From the NCBI GenBank assembly GCA_040905565.1, contig JBBDRF010000077.1, positions 53,794 to 74,363 of the forward strand: a stretch of DNA of 20,570 nucleotides, written 5' to 3'. This DNA is from Phycisphaeraceae bacterium. Lineage in GTDB: Bacteria; Planctomycetota; Phycisphaerae; Phycisphaerales; Zrk34. A program made the position numbers and the translations under genes. The notes beneath the pieces were generated by a model, which saw nothing but the letters and a program-made list of their open reading frames with translations, had not been told where the DNA came from and ran no database searches. Shown piece by piece: positions 7,506 through 15,545 of this stretch. Within the stretch, counting starts at the first letter, position 1, and each line of letters starts with the position of its first letter.

Positions 7506-8876
7506 ATGGCTGAAGTCGATCCAACGTGGCCACGCGTGTTTATTGTCGGCGGCGGTTTCGCAGGCCTTTCCTGCGCCCGCAAACTCGCCGATGCTCCCGC
7601 GCGCGTCACGCTCGTCGATCGTCGTAACCATCATCTCTTTCAGCCGCTGCTCTACCAGGTCGCCACGGCCGCCCTCTCCCCAGCCGATATCGCCATGCCG
7701 ATCCGCCAGACCCTGCGCAAGCAGGCGAACGCCCGCGTCGTCCTCGCAGGCATCACCGGCGTCGACCCCGACCGCAAACGGCTGCTCTTCGAAGGCGGGG
7801 CTGTCGAATACGATTACCTCGTCCTCGCCTGCGGAGCGACGCATTCGTACTTCGGGCATGATGAATGGGAGAAGGTCGCCCCCGGCCTGAAAACGCTCAG
7901 CGACGCGACCGAAATCCGCAACCGCATCCTGCTGGCCTTCGAAAGTGCCGAGTACGAAGCCGATCTCGAACGCCAGCGGGCGCACCTGACCTTCGCCATC
8001 GTCGGCGGCGGCCCGACGGGCGTGGAACTCGCCGGCGCGATCGAGGAGATTGCTGCGAAGACCCTGCCGCAGGATTTTCGGCACATCGACACCACCACGA
8101 CGCGCGTCATCCTTCTCGAAGGTGCCGACCGCCTGCTTCCTCCGTTCCCGCCCGACCTCAGCGCCCAGACCAAGCACGACCTCGAAGCGCTCGGCGTCGA
8201 AGTCCACCTCAACTCCATGGTCACCAATGTCACGTCCGACGGCGTCCAGGTCGGCGAGACCTTCATCCCCGCCCGTACCGTGCTGTGGGCAGCCGGCGTG
8301 AAGGCGAGCCCCGTCGGTGAATCGCTCGGCGTGCCGCGTGATCGGGCCGGCCGTGTCGAGGTGAACCCTGATCTCACCGTACCCGGTCATCCCGAGTTGT
8401 TCGTCGTCGGCGACATGGCCGCCGTTACCAGCCCCGACACCGGCGAAGCCGTGCCCGGCGTCGCCCCCGCCGCCATGCAGATGGGTCGCTACGTCGGCGA
8501 GATCATCCGCAGCGAATTACGCGGCAAAACCACCCCAGCCCAACGCAAACCGTTCGTTTATGTCGATAAAGGGTCGCTGGCGACCATCGGTCGTTCGCGG
8601 GCCGTCGCACGCCTGGGGCGGTTCCACTTCAAGGGCTTCATCGCCTGGATCCTGTGGGCCCTCGTGCACATCACGTTTCTGCTGGGCTTCCGCAACCGCA
8701 TTCGGGTGCTCGGCGGCTGGCTGTGGAACTGGCTCCTGTTCGTCCGCGACGCCCGGCTGATCGTCGGTGAACCGCGCCTCGATATCAGCAAGCCCCGCCC
8801 CGGCGAAGTCATCCTCGCGAAAGAAGGCGAAGGCGAAGCTGCTACAAAAGACGCGGACAAGCCGTCGAAGGAATAA
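7506..8876 (+). CDS. ndh: Type II NADH dehydrogenase (NDH-2) family FAD oxidoreductase
   Basis: GGGFAG, HLFQPLLYQVAT, GGGPTGVELAG, LWAAGV, GD..A, APAAMQ, YVDKGSLATIGR. Confidence 0.92.
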   Translation: MAEVDPTWPRVFIVGGGFAGLSCARKLADAPARVTLVDRRNHHLFQPLLYQVATAALSPADIAMPIRQTLRKQANARVVLAGITGVDPDRKRLLFEGGAVEYDYLVLACGATHSYFGHDEWEKVAPGLKTLSDATEIRNRILLAFESAEYEADLERQRAHLTFAIVGGGPTGVELAGAIEEIAAKTLPQDFRHIDTTTTRVILLEGADRLLPPFPPDLSAQTKHDLEALGVEVHLNSMVTNVTSDGVQVGETFIPARTVLWAAGVKASPVGESLGVPRDRAGRVEVNPDLTVPGHPELFVVGDMAAVTSPDTGEAVPGVAPAAMQMGRYVGEIIRSELRGKTTPAQRKPFVYVDKGSLATIGRSRAVARLGRFHFKGFIAWILWALVHITFLLGFRNRIRVLGGWLWNWLLFVRDARLIVGEPRLDISKPRPGEVILAKEGEGEAATKDADKPSKE

Positions 8877-8884
8877 CACTCCCG

Positions 8885-8948
8885 GAGCCGGGCTGTCCCC
8901 AGCCCGGTCATCCACCGCACGCCCCCCGGGCTGGGGACAGCCCGGCTC
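8885..8948. repeat. REPIN-like inverted pair, family B, between convergent genes
   Basis: Perfect 23-bp inverted repeat 8885-8907 / 8926-8948, each arm itself a hairpin. Confidence 0.85.
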
Positions 8949-8956
8949 TTAGAGAT

Positions 8957-9346
8957 TCACTGCACCAGGCGGATCGTCAGCGGGTACCGCCACGGTTCGC
9001 CGTTGCTGACCTTGATCGACGCGATGATCACCATGACCACGTCGAAAATCACCACCAGCGGCAGCAGCACGATCCCGATCAACACCAAGACCAGAACCGC
9101 CGAAACCAGTGCGTAAATCGTGATCGAAATCTGGAAGTTCAGCGATTCCTTGCCCTGCTCCTCGACCAGCGGATCATCGTGGCGTTTGAGCAGCCAGATG
9201 ATCAACGGCCCAACGATCTGCCCGACCGTCGGCACGAAAAAGCCTAGGAATGCAGCGAGATGACAACCCACCGCCCAGTTGCGGGACTTCGGATCGGGCA
9301 TGTTCCCCGTGGGCGGCGGCGATTCAGGTGGCGGCTGATCCATCAC
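8957..9346 (-). CDS. DUF4870 (Tic20-like) membrane protein
   Basis: WAVGCHL...GPLIIWLLK...QGKESLNFQIS...WRYPLTIR signature; GGAGG RBS; TATAAT on minus strand at 9385-9390. Confidence 0.9.
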   Translation of the reverse strand: MMDQPPPESPPPTGNMPDPKSRNWAVGCHLAAFLGFFVPTVGQIVGPLIIWLLKRHDDPLVEEQGKESLNFQISITIYALVSAVLVLVLIGIVLLPLVVIFDVVMVIIASIKVSNGEPWRYPLTIRLVQ

Positions 9347-9401
9347 GTTCCCTCCCTGTGATTATGACCTCAGCTTTGTCGATCATTATAGCCGCCTGCG
9401 T

Positions 9402-9719
9402 TCATCGCACGGCACCGGTGCGGACCGCCCGCCGTCGCCCGCGCCGGCCGTCGGTTTCGCGCACATGGGCGGTCCGTCGTTGCACCGCCCGGACACCGTA
9501 GGCGAGCATGAACGCCGCGAAGAACCCGAGCATCAGCGTCGCGATGGGTCGTTCGCTGCGGAGCCAGGCAAAGCCGACCGTGCCGATCACCAGCACCCCC
9601 ACACTGCACCAGCCGATCAGCAGAATTCGGTGGCGCGCACGCCGTGACCGCCGCGCCACGCTCCACGCCGCGAAGAACAGCACCACCAGCAACAAAAAAT
9701 AGGGAACGAGAATCCGCAT
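9402..9719 (-). CDS. Small 3-TM membrane protein with Arg-rich tail
   Basis: Three hydrophobic segments flanked by Arg; TACAAT (minus, 9729-9734) suggests a near-leaderless transcript. Confidence 0.65.
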   Translation of the reverse strand: MRILVPYFLLLVVLFFAAWSVARRSRRARHRILLIGWCSVGVLVIGTVGFAWLRSERPIATLMLGFFAAFMLAYGVRAVQRRTAHVRETDGRRGRRRAVRTGAVR

Positions 9720-9791
9720 CAGTCCGCCATTGTAACGCGGCTGCCGCTCATCTCCCCGTTCAGCGGGCGATCGAAGATCGCCGTTCGCGCC

Positions 9792-10046
9792 TCACGCCAC
9801 CAGTTCCACCGTCGCCCACAGCGCCCCCGCCGCCAGCGCCGCCACCAGCAGAATCACGCCCGTCAGCCGAAACGTCTGAGGCCAGAGGTGATCCAGATGC
9901 GGCAGCTTCAGCGTCTTGTAAACCAGCGCAATCACGAACGCCAACGGCGGCAGAAGCCACAGCCAGTGATCGTGCAGATCCAGCGGATCGAGAAACGGCC
10001 GATACGCCAGCACCGCTGGGAAAATATTCAGCAGTGTCGTCATCAT
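9792..10046 (-). CDS. Small 2-TM membrane protein, translationally coupled to the upstream gene
   Basis: YRPFLDPL...WLWLLPPL..VYK; start overlaps the upstream stop (ATGA) at 10043-10046. Confidence 0.75.
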   Translation of the reverse strand: MMTTLLNIFPAVLAYRPFLDPLDLHDHWLWLLPPLAFVIALVYKTLKLPHLDHLWPQTFRLTGVILLVAALAAGALWATVELVA

Positions 10047-10690
10047 GCCTGCTCCCTCTCACGCGTCACCAGTCGGCCCTCGTCCGTATCCGGCTTATCG
10101 TCAGGCGGCGGCGCGGGGTGAATCGGCGCCGATGAAGATCGCCCGACCACGTCCAGAATCACCAGCAGATTCAACACGCCCGCCAGCGTGCAGTACAGCG
10201 TCCCCAGTTCATTCACACGCCCCAGTGAACGCCGAACGGCGGGAACCTTTTCATCGCTCTCGAGAAAATTCACCAGTACGCGCGCGTCGTCCGCACCGAA
10301 GCCTTCGACCTGCCGCAGCTCTTCCGCGTGCCTGTCGAGTTGATGGCCGAGCCTGCCCTCCAGCGATTGGCGATAAAGATCGACGACCGGCGCGGTCGGT
10401 CCGATGAGCGTCTGCCCGATGAACCACAGCCGTTCGCGTTCGCTGTTGACGACGCCGATGCCGCCGATGAGCATGCCCGCAGCAAATAGCGAGAGTATCG
10501 TGATGCCCAGGATCAGTCCGCGTCGTCGATAGCCGATGAGGTAATGACCGAGGCCCGGGAGCAGCCATGCCGCCAGTGCGGTAAGGGGCCACGGAGGGCG
10601 CTCCGCGGGCGAATCAGACGGTGCGGGCGAGCGATCGCTCACGGGCTTTCTCCGATGCGTCGAGGGCGTTGGGGTGGGGCCCGCTACCAT
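10043..10690 (-). CDS. DUF6677-like membrane protein (start uncertain)
   Basis: ALAAWLLPGLGHY..G...RG and ELGTLYCTLAGVLNLLVILD motifs. Confidence 0.78.
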   Translation of the reverse strand: MVAGPTPTPSTHRRKPVSDRSPAPSDSPAERPPWPLTALAAWLLPGLGHYLIGYRRRGLILGITILSLFAAGMLIGGIGVVNSERERLWFIGQTLIGPTAPVVDLYRQSLEGRLGHQLDRHAEELRQVEGFGADDARVLVNFLESDEKVPAVRRSLGRVNELGTLYCTLAGVLNLLVILDVVGRSSSAPIHPAPPPDDKPDTDEGRLVTREREQA

Positions 10691-10706
10691 GCCGAACGAC
10701 GGCGTA

Positions 10707-10734
10707 TTGACAGGGCCTAGACTTGAGGTAGTTT
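10707..10734 (+). promoter_or_regulatory. Sigma70-type promoter for the acidic protein gene
   Basis: TTGACA-N16-TAGTTT. Confidence 0.55.
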
Positions 10735-10848
10735 ACCGCCTTGCCACCGGTAGGGTAAGGCCCTCATGTGTCGGGCCCAGCGGGGTGGTGCTCACCGTTA
10801 CCTTGACTTGTTACGCTTGGGTCCGTGTTCATCAGGAGGCCTTAAACG

Positions 10849-11109
10849 ATGTGGACAACGCTGGGATTGGTTGAACAGGAGACGTGGGTGGATGAGTCCG
10901 CCTCGCGCGATGGCACCGGGAGTCGTTACCAACCGTTGAAAAATCTCGACGACGAACTGGACGACGACGATTTTTTTGACGATGAGGACGAAGACGACCT
11001 CGAAGATGACCTCGACGAAGACTACGACGAGTTCGAAGACGAATACGAGGACGACGACTACGAAGACGATATCAACGTCGACGTAGACGACGATGACGAC
11101 GACACCTGA
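10849..11109 (+). CDS. Hyper-acidic small protein (86 aa)
   Basis: Perfect AGGAGG at 10834-10839; 39 of the last 53 residues are D/E. Confidence 0.75.
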   Translation: MWTTLGLVEQETWVDESASRDGTGSRYQPLKNLDDELDDDDFFDDEDEDDLEDDLDEDYDEFEDEYEDDDYEDDINVDVDDDDDDT

Positions 11110-11180
11110 ATCGCCCACGCGACCTGCAAATCCGCGGTCGGCGGGCGCTTCCCCACCACCGCCACGCAGGAGTTGCCGCG

Positions 11181-11591
11181 ATGCAGGAAACCGAAGAGAT
11201 CGCCCGGCAGGAGGAGCTAAAACGGCAGGTCCGTAGCGTCGTCGATCGCCGCAGCGGACTCGATCGCCGTCGCAGACCTCGCAGTGAATCGGACACCGGC
11301 TTGGAACATCGGCGCGGCCCCGGCAGGCGACGCACCGACTTCACCCGCACCGCTGAAGAAGGGGAGATGAGCCAGGAGCAGTTCCTGTTCGTCATGGCCG
11401 TCGACGCCTTCAAGCGTGTCAACGGCAAGCAGTTCCCTACCTGGACCGAAGTGCTCGAAGTCATCCGCAAGCTCGGCTACCGCAAGACCGCAGCAAGCGA
11501 ACTGAACCTCCCGAACATGGAAGATTGGCACGAACCGGCCGACGCCCCCGCCATGCCCGCGCCAACCGAAGAGGAACCCGCCGAATTTTGA
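11181..11591 (+). CDS. Hypothetical protein with Arg-rich DRR/GPxRR repeats and a small helical domain
   Basis: AGGAG RBS; DRRSGLDRR...RRGPGRRR followed by EEGEMS..QF.F..A.DAFK......FPTW.EVL.V...LGYRK. Confidence 0.85.
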   Translation: MQETEEIARQEELKRQVRSVVDRRSGLDRRRRPRSESDTGLEHRRGPGRRRTDFTRTAEEGEMSQEQFLFVMAVDAFKRVNGKQFPTWTEVLEVIRKLGYRKTAASELNLPNMEDWHEPADAPAMPAPTEEEPAEF

Positions 11592-11655
11592 TGGCGCACG
11601 TTAGCGGGCGATCGCAGCTCGCCATTTCTTCAAGCGCGACGGGGCTACCCCAACT

Positions 11656-11976
11656 TCACCGCGGCCCCTGCGGGATCACGCCTTCCGCGTCGATGCCGAG
11701 GAACACGAACAGGAACGCCGCGACGATCCCGACCAGCAGGGATCCGAACAACAGCAGCGTGCCGATTAGTCCGAACGCCACCCCGATCTGCGTCAGGATC
11801 TTCCCGCCCGGCTGCATTCGGCCGTCGGCCATGTCTTCCAGATCGCCCCGGCCGAACGACCACGCCACCGGGCCCAGCAGCCAGACAAACAGCCCCGCAA
11901 TCCCGAGGAACAGGATGAACGGCCCGCGGTGCTCAGCAGGCGGCGGCGGTGTACGAGGATTTCTACGTTTGGCCAT
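11656..11976 (-). CDS. DUF4190-like 2-TM membrane protein
   Basis: HRG..IL.LGI...GP.AW..G..DL..M..GRM.P.G...T..G...G.IGT pattern; ATG at 11976. Confidence 0.75.
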   Translation of the reverse strand: MAKRRNPRTPPPPAEHRGPFILFLGIAGLFVWLLGPVAWSFGRGDLEDMADGRMQPGGKILTQIGVAFGLIGTLLLFGSLLVGIVAAFLFVFLGIDAEGVIPQGPR

Positions 11977-12094
11977 AGCGCTACGGTTTACTCCAGCCAA
12001 TCGCCCCTGTAAAGCGCCACCTCAACCTTAGCGAACGATCGGCGATTGCCCGCTAACGGACGCCCCGCAACAGCCGCATCCGACGCGGCAGCCC

Positions 12095-12122
12095 TTGCCG
12101 ATTCAGTTCGGTGGCCTATACT
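12095..12122 (+). promoter_or_regulatory. Sigma70-type promoter of the ferredoxin gene
   Basis: TTGCCG-N16-TATACT. Confidence 0.65.
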
Positions 12123-12179
12123 GAAGCCTGCGATTCACAACACCTTCCCGGTGGCTTGAATAGACGAGGATTCGAGATT

Positions 12180-12437
12180 ATGTCCCACATCATTGGGGAA
12201 CCGTGCATCGGCACCAAGGACACCGCCTGCGTGGATGTCTGCCCTGTCGACTGCATTCACCCGACTAAAGACGAGCCGGACTTCGAGACAGCCGACCAGC
12301 TCTTTATCGATCCCGACACCTGCATCGACTGCGGGCTGTGCGTCGATGAGTGCCCGGTCAAGGCGATTTTTCCCGAAGAAGATCTGCCCGACGAGTGGGA
12401 AGAGTACGTCCAGCTCAACGCCGACTACTATAACTGA
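12180..12437 (+). CDS. 7Fe-type dicluster ferredoxin (FdxA-like)
   Basis: C-x7-C-x3-CP-x2-C and CIDCGLCVDECP; GAGGA upstream of ATG 12180. Confidence 0.93.
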   Translation: MSHIIGEPCIGTKDTACVDVCPVDCIHPTKDEPDFETADQLFIDPDTCIDCGLCVDECPVKAIFPEEDLPDEWEEYVQLNADYYN

Positions 12438-12506
12438 CACACCGTCTGTCGTGGCGAGTGGGAAGCGTGAGCGATCGTCCTGCGCCGCGTCGTTGTGCAA
12501 AACCGG

Positions 12507-13043
12507 TCACGCGTGATGGACCTGATCAAAAAAGTACTCGAGTTCGCCCGCGAGAACCCCGTCTACGTCTGGTTGGCGGTGGGGGCTGTGGGTGTGTTCC
12601 TGCTGGTGATGAGCGCGTTGCTTAGCAGTTTGTTCTGAGACCGGGACATTGGGTGGAGCGGGGTCGACGCCGCCGAGCGACAGGTCGGCGAAGCCTGCGA
12701 GCAGGGCGAAGGCGACGGCGACCAGACCGAGCATGCCGTGGACGATCATGATCGGAAGCGGCAGCGTCCTGCCACGCATGTGAAAGCCCAGAAGCAGCGT
12801 GAATCCACCGGCCGCGGCCAGCACGCCGAACCCCAAAGCCATATTCTGCCACAGGTTCTGAGCCTCTGCGATGAACATCGCCGACCACGCCACCAGCGCC
12901 AGCCCCACCAGTGCGCCGGTGCCGTGCGCCAGCGAGAGCCAGCCAGGCGGCCGCGGCTTGCCCGCGATCCGGGTCCACAACATCGTCACCCCGCCCAGCG
13001 CGGTCAGCAGCCACACCAACGCCCCGATCTGCATGATCGTCAT
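12507..13043 (-). CDS. 4-TM membrane protein with internal duplication and two membrane HG motifs; C-terminal ~45 aa doubtful
   Basis: Repeats ALGGVTML...LAHG and AAGGFTLL...IVHG; the tail is antisense to the ORF at 12516-12638. Confidence 0.75.
   Translation of the reverse strand: MTIMQIGALVWLLTALGGVTMLWTRIAGKPRPPGWLSLAHGTGALVGLALVAWSAMFIAEAQNLWQNMALGFGVLAAAGGFTLLLGFHMRGRTLPLPIMIVHGMLGLVAVAFALLAGFADLSLGGVDPAPPNVPVSEQTAKQRAHHQQEHTHSPHRQPDVDGVLAGELEYFFDQVHHA
12516..12638 (+). CDS. Putative 40-aa single-TM small protein (below ORF-track cutoff)
   Basis: Translates to MDLIKKVLEFARENPVYVWLAVGAVGVFLLVMSALLSSLF*; amphipathic N-terminus plus TM helix. Confidence 0.5.
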   Translation: MDLIKKVLEFARENPVYVWLAVGAVGVFLLVMSALLSSLF

Positions 13044-13064
13044 CGTTATCCCCCCCCCTCGGCC

Positions 13065-13304
13065 TCAGTCGGGCTTGCCCGAGACGACCTCGAACAAGCC
13101 GAGTTGATCGACTTCGACCACGTCGCCGAGCTGCAGTTTGCGTCGGCGTCGCGGTTCGGGTTCGCCGTTGACGCGCACGGCCCCTTCGTCGACCAGCAGC
13201 CTGACCTGCCCGCCGCTGCCGGCGACACTGGCGAGCTTCAGGAACTGATCAAGGTTGATCGACGCGTCACGAATCGCAATTGGCTGAACCATATCGCTCA
13301 TCAT
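13065..13304 (-). CDS. S4-domain RNA-binding protein (YbcJ/YaaA-like)
   Basis: INLDQFLKLA...SGGQVR.LV.EGAVRVNGEPE.RRRRKL..GDVV. Confidence 0.9.
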   Translation of the reverse strand: MMSDMVQPIAIRDASINLDQFLKLASVAGSGGQVRLLVDEGAVRVNGEPEPRRRRKLQLGDVVEVDQLGLFEVVSGKPD

Positions 13305-13418
13305 AGTCGCTGGGCCTTTCGATGCGCCGACCGGCGCGGTATCCTCGCCGCGTACCCCGGAAAATCCCAATCAACCCCCCGCAATCCACGATAACCTTGA
13401 GAAACGGCGAAGCGCGAT

Positions 13419-14000
13419 ATGGCTGAAATCTGGCAGGCACCGGAGGAAATCCGCAAGCAGTTACAGCTCATCAAAGATGAGTACCACACCCATCTTGCGC
13501 CCGCGAGCATGTGGGTCATCTGTTCCGATGGAGCAGCGATTCGCGACAATCAGCTCGTGGCGACGCAGACCAAGAAGTGCACCAAGTCCGAGAAGCTTTC
13601 GACCGGGCATGACTTCAAAATCGTGATCCTGATGGAGACCTGGGCGAAGCTCACCGACGACCAGCGTCACCTCGCCCTCGACGAAGCGTTGTGCCGATGC
13701 GGCGTGCGGATGGTGCCCGAAACCGTCGAGATCAACGGCCGCCGCGAGGTGCTTAAGGACGACCTGGGCCGGGTGATCTTCACCGACGAAATGGACGTCG
13801 ACAAGCTCGGCAACCCCAAGTGGAAGGTGAATCGGCCCGACGCGGAGCTGTACTTCAAGATGCTCGCCCGCAAGGGGACGTACAACGAGCAGGCGGAGAA
13901 TACGGTGCGGGCACTGGAAGGCAAGCCGTTGAAGCTACCTCTCGCTGCCGACCGGGCCGACGTCACCGACGAACAACTTGATGAGCAACTGGCGATGTGA
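13419..14000 (+). CDS. Phage-type putative metallopeptidase homolog with degenerate active site
   Basis: YH.HL, HDFKIVI..ETW..L...QR.LALD-EALCR-CG, KWK...PDAELY...L.RKG follow the family layout as recalled, but without HExxH. Confidence 0.65.
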   Translation: MAEIWQAPEEIRKQLQLIKDEYHTHLAPASMWVICSDGAAIRDNQLVATQTKKCTKSEKLSTGHDFKIVILMETWAKLTDDQRHLALDEALCRCGVRMVPETVEINGRREVLKDDLGRVIFTDEMDVDKLGNPKWKVNRPDAELYFKMLARKGTYNEQAENTVRALEGKPLKLPLAADRADVTDEQLDEQLAM

Positions 14001-14050
14001 TCAGCGCAGCGGTGCTCCGGTCGTCGTGGCGAAAGGCGAAGAAGAAGGAT

Positions 14051-14166
14051 AACCACAGAGGCACAGAGGGGGAGGAGGTAAGAAAAGAGGAGGGAAAATC
14101 ACGGACATGAATCTCTTCTCTTCTCTCTGCCTTGCTCTTCTCCTCTTCCTCTGTGCCTCTGTGGTT
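14051..14166. repeat. Miniature inverted-repeat element, family D (AACCACAGAGGCACAGAGG arms)
   Basis: Perfect 19-bp inverted repeat 14051-14069 / 14148-14166; purine-rich left and pyrimidine-rich right interior; second copy at 15703-15801. Confidence 0.85.
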
Positions 14167-14300
14167 GCACCTCTTTCCCCGTTGCGATCACGCGCACTCG
14201 CTGCGCCCGCGGATTAGCGCGCAATCAGAAATCAACAATCCCCCTACCGGGGCACAGCGATTGCTGGTTTTGCGGTAGGTGCTGCGCGGAGGAGGGGCAG

Positions 14301-14840
14301 ATGGAGGATCTGTTTTTCGCGGGGTGGGACGTGCTTTTCCGCACGCTGGTGGTGGGGGTGCTGGCCTATGCCGGGCTGATTGTGCTGCTGCGGGGATCGG
14401 GCAAGCGAACGCTTTCGAAGATGAACGCGTTCGATTTTATCGTGACCGTGGCGTTGGGCTCTACCCTGGCGACGATCCTGCTCAGCAACGATGTCGCTTT
14501 GGCGCAGGGGCTTCTGGCGCTGGCACTGTTGATCGGGCTGCAGTTTGTGGTGACGTGGTCGAGTGTGCGGACACGGTGGGTCCGCACACTGATGACGGGG
14601 GAGCCGTCGCTGCTGCTTTATCAGGGGGCGTACCTGCGGTCGGCGTTACGGCGGGTGCGTGTGACGGAAGACGAGGTGCGGTCGGCGATCCGGGCAGCGG
14701 GGTTCGGCTCCGTCGAAGAGGTCGAAGCAGTGGTGCTCGAGACCGACGGCTCCATCAGCGTCATCCAACATGCCGACGAAAAATCGACGTCAAGCCTTGT
14801 CGACATCCGCAATCCCGTGCACGAGAACGAAACGGAATGA
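14301..14840 (+). CDS. DUF421 (YetF-like) membrane protein
   Basis: LRGSGKRTLSKMNAFDFIVTVALGS and VVLETDGSISVI; GGAGG RBS. Confidence 0.92.
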   Translation: MEDLFFAGWDVLFRTLVVGVLAYAGLIVLLRGSGKRTLSKMNAFDFIVTVALGSTLATILLSNDVALAQGLLALALLIGLQFVVTWSSVRTRWVRTLMTGEPSLLLYQGAYLRSALRRVRVTEDEVRSAIRAAGFGSVEEVEAVVLETDGSISVIQHADEKSTSSLVDIRNPVHENETE

Positions 14841-14846
14841 ACCCGC

Positions 14847-15545
14847 TCAACTACCCCGGCGAATCACGTTGTATTTGAAGATGCACCAGATGGCTTCGAA
14901 CCCATCGCGCCAGTTGATCTTCTTGCCCTCGGCATAGGTCCGGGCGGTGTAGCTGATGCCCACCTCGTAGACGCGGCAGCGGAGCCAGGCGACCTTCGCC
15001 GTCACCTCCGGCTCAAAGCCGAACCCGTTCTCCTCGAGCGTGATCTTCTGAATCACATCACGGCGGAAAACCTTGTAGCACGTCTCCATATCCGTCAGCT
15101 TCAGGTCCGTGAACATGTTCGAAATCAGCGTCAGCAACCGGTTGCCCGTCGCGTGCCAGAAGTAGAGCACCCGGCGTTCGGGTCCGGTGAGAAAGCGTGA
15201 GCCGTAGACCACGTCGGCCCGATCTTCGACGATGGGCGCGATCAGTCTGGGGTACTCGCGGGGGTCGTATTCCAGGTCGGCATCCTGAACGAGGACGATG
15301 TCGCCCACGGCCTCGGCGATGCCGCGACGTAGGGCTGCCCCTTTGCCCTGGTTCACGTGATGCGTGAAAATGCGGAGATTCTCATGCTGCTTGCTAAGCT
15401 GTGCGAGCGCGCGGGGCGTGAGATCGGTTGAGCCGTCATCGACGATGATGATCTCTTTGGGAATGTCGACCGCCTGCACCGCACTGACGATCTTCTCGAT
15501 CGTCGCTGCTTCGTTGTAGACCGGGATGATGACCGACAGCTGCAT
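14847..15545 (-). CDS. Glycosyltransferase family 2, polyprenol-phosphate glycosyltransferase (DPM1-like)
   Basis: [62 protein letters not shown] 15545 preferred. Confidence 0.93.
   Translation of the reverse strand: MQLSVIIPVYNEAATIEKIVSAVQAVDIPKEIIIVDDGSTDLTPRALAQLSKQHENLRIFTHHVNQGKGAALRRGIAEAVGDIVLVQDADLEYDPREYPRLIAPIVEDRADVVYGSRFLTGPERRVLYFWHATGNRLLTLISNMFTDLKLTDMETCYKVFRRDVIQKITLEENGFGFEPEVTAKVAWLRCRVYEVGISYTARTYAEGKKINWRDGFEAIWCIFKYNVIRRGS

Noticed and set aside
3535..8948. Repeats as a CRISPR array
   Set aside because: Copies are inverted doublets dispersed between genes, not regularly spaced direct repeats; no cas genes
9719..9730. Mini-uORF Met-Ala-Asp overlapping the 9719 start (TGATG)
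   Set aside because: Its ATG is part of the probable TACAAT -10 box, so it would not be transcribed from that promoter
10945..11105. GAC/GAA-rich DNA as a tandem-repeat element
   Set aside because: Explained by Asp/Glu codons with synonymous variation; no fixed repeat unit
12123..12140. Second Rex site at the ferredoxin promoter
   Set aside because: Only the TTCACAA half-site matches; the left half does not
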